Positions 60,623-62,128 of a stretch of 62,128 nucleotides of DNA are shown here, one piece after another. Each line of letters begins with the position of its first letter. Position 1 is the stretch's first letter. A model generated the notes under the pieces. The model was not told the DNA's origin, ran no database searches, and saw nothing but the letters and a program-made list of their open reading frames with translations. Both the position numbers and the translations under genes were made by a program. Source of the DNA: Candidatus Coatesbacteria bacterium (GTDB lineage: Bacteria; RBG-13-66-14; B26-G2; WVWN01); contig CP070633.1 of NCBI GenBank assembly GCA_020356085.1, forward strand, positions 916,525 through 978,652, in the 5' to 3' direction.

Positions 60623-61900
60623 TTAAGCGCTCACGCCCGCGGAGGTACCGTTGGCCAAAGTCCGGTCCGGCAACGCGGCGAGGTCGCTCTCGCCGACGCC
60701 TAGGTCTAAGAGGCAATTGCGGCCGAGGCGGAACCCGGGCGGGATTCGAACGCGCTTGCCGACCAGCGTCAGGCCGCGGCTGAGCTGCTCCGGGAAGTCC
60801 GCGTTGGGCCGCGCCTCGCCAATATCCTCGCCCACCCGCGCGCCCGCGCCCACGCGGACCAGCTTGTCCAGCACGGCGCGGTCGACGGAGGCCCCCGCCT
60901 CCGCGGTTGTCCCCTCCAATAAAATGGAGTTCGTCACGACGGCGTCGCGCTCGACGTAGACGCGGCGGAAAAGGACGGAATTCTCTACGCGGCCGTTTAC
61001 TATAGAACCGTCGGCGACTATCGAGTTTTTAACGTCGGCGCCGGGGCCCAGCTTAACCGGCGGGTCGTCGTGCAGGTGGGTGTAGAGGGGCCACGCCGGG
61101 TCGTCGAACGCGAACGGCGGCTCCTCCGCCAGGAACTGGAAGGTCACGTCGTAGTATTCCTCGACCGTATCGATGCGCGCCCAGTAGTCGTCGAGGCGGT
61201 AGGCGGCGGCCGCGTTCTGTTCTATAGCCGGGACCACCAGGTCTTCGGCGATCGCGGAGCCGCCGCGGCGGATCATGTCGCGAAGGAGGGTGAGGAGGAA
61301 AGGGCGGGAGAAGACGTAGATCGACAGCGAGGCGAAGGCGGTTCCCTCCGCCGGCGGTTCCTCGCCGTAGGAGGCGACGGCGTGGCCGCGACCCGTTTTA
61401 ATTACGCCGTACCGCCGGGCGTGCGCGACCGGGAGGTCCTTGCCGACGACCGTAACGCCCGCGCCGGAGGAGGCGTGGAAATCCAGCAGCGGCCGGTAAT
61501 CCATTTTATACACGTGTTCGGCCGCCAGCACCAATACCTCGTCGAAGCCCTCGTCGTCGAGCACCTCCAGGTTCTGCGCGAGCGCGTCGGCCCGGCCGCG
61601 ATACCACTGGCTCTCGCCGCCGGTGTAGTAGGGCTCGAGGAGGCGCACGCCGCCGTCGCGGCGGTCGAGGTCCCACGGCTTGCCGATGCCGACGTGCGTT
61701 TTGAGCGACTCGGGGAGGTACTGCGTTAGGATGCCGACGTCGGTCAGGCCGGAGTGCGTACAGTTGGAGAGGGGGAAGTCGATGAGGCGGTACTGGCCGC
61801 CGAAGGGGACGGAGGCCTTGGCCCGGACGCGCGAGAGCGCCAGCAGGCTGTCCGCCCGCCCGCCGGCCAGGATCATCGCCGCCACGCGCCGCATCGTCAC
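60623..61900 (-). CDS. Glucose-1-phosphate adenylyltransferase family protein, GlgD-like (degenerate catalytic loop)
   Basis: 425 aa. ILAGGRADSLLALSRVRAKASVPFGGQYRLIDFPLSNCTHSG is paralogous to glgC, but the GGxGxRL loop reads GGRADSL. Confidence 0.85.
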   Translation of the reverse strand: MTMRRVAAMILAGGRADSLLALSRVRAKASVPFGGQYRLIDFPLSNCTHSGLTDVGILTQYLPESLKTHVGIGKPWDLDRRDGGVRLLEPYYTGGESQWYRGRADALAQNLEVLDDEGFDEVLVLAAEHVYKMDYRPLLDFHASSGAGVTVVGKDLPVAHARRYGVIKTGRGHAVASYGEEPPAEGTAFASLSIYVFSRPFLLTLLRDMIRRGGSAIAEDLVVPAIEQNAAAAYRLDDYWARIDTVEEYYDVTFQFLAEEPPFAFDDPAWPLYTHLHDDPPVKLGPGADVKNSIVADGSIVNGRVENSVLFRRVYVERDAVVTNSILLEGTTAEAGASVDRAVLDKLVRVGAGARVGEDIGEARPNADFPEQLSRGLTLVGKRVRIPPGFRLGRNCLLDLGVGESDLAALPDRTLANGTSAGVSA

Positions 61901-61979
61901 GGCGCCTCCTTTACCCTGTGATACGATATTAAATTGATACGTATCAGGCCCTCCGGAGGCGGTTTGCGGCGGCCGGCGC

Positions 61980-62128
61980 TCAAGACCCGCCCTTCCCGAA
62001 GATCTCGTCGACCAGACGGCTCAGGTCCTCCGCGCTGTAGTAGTGAATGCGGATGCTGCCGCGTTTGCCGCTCCCGGTGAGGGTGACCTTCGTTCCGAAC
62101 CGCTTCTCGAGGCGGGAGGCGAGGGAGG
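61980..62128 (-). CDS. parB: ParB/Spo0J C-terminal end (partial; the 5' part lies outside the window)
   Basis: The last 49 codons encode ...SLASRLEKRFGTKVTLTGSGKRGSIRIHYYSAEDLSRLVDEIFGKGGS*, the typical ParB C-terminal dimerisation segment. Confidence 0.65.
   Translation of the reverse strand, partial: SLASRLEKRFGTKVTLTGSGKRGSIRIHYYSAEDLSRLVDEIFGKGGS

Overview
High-GC bacterial chromosomal segment. Most genes look about 65-70% G+C by eye, and several genes are visibly richer in A/T. It probably comes from an uncultivated lineage with FCB-type secretion features, because it carries a PorV-like outer-membrane protein next to a cargo protein with a T9SS-type C-terminal domain. I call 61 protein-coding genes (one partial) and 2 tRNAs (initiator-type tRNA-Met and tRNA-Gln). 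I see no rRNA, CRISPR array, transposase, integrase or phage gene. Housekeeping anchors are valS, ruvC-ruvA-ruvB, pyrE, prs, pruA, dnaA with long non-coding flanks, the 3' end of parB, and glgC plus a GlgD-like paralogue. selD is a selenocysteine-type gene whose in-frame UGA caused the ORF track to truncate it. The dominant theme is envelope glycobiology. There are up to nine polytopic GT-C-like membrane glycosyltransferases, a WbpB/D/E/I-like diacetamido-sugar pathway and GT4 enzymes. There is also an ABC-2 exporter with a YdjC-type deacetylase, and a membrane sulfatase-family enzyme. The most unusual items are: (i) A terminator-delimited six-gene operon (22139..29264) combines a cobalamin-type radical-SAM enzyme, a second radical-SAM enzyme, two GT-C transferases, a VOC protein and a secreted helical protein. 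(ii) A short C-terminal tail (SLGxVKxLF[RN]) is shared by three secreted beta-propeller proteins of two different folds. (iii) Two units each pair a near-consensus promoter with an intrinsic terminator and look like an sRNA or riboswitch leader (18563..18729 minus strand, 59195..59368 plus strand). (iv) A small protein has a caspase-like HG...SC motif pair. (v) A lipoprotein is rich in Trp and Asp. All functional calls rest on motif recognition by eye, since no database search was possible.
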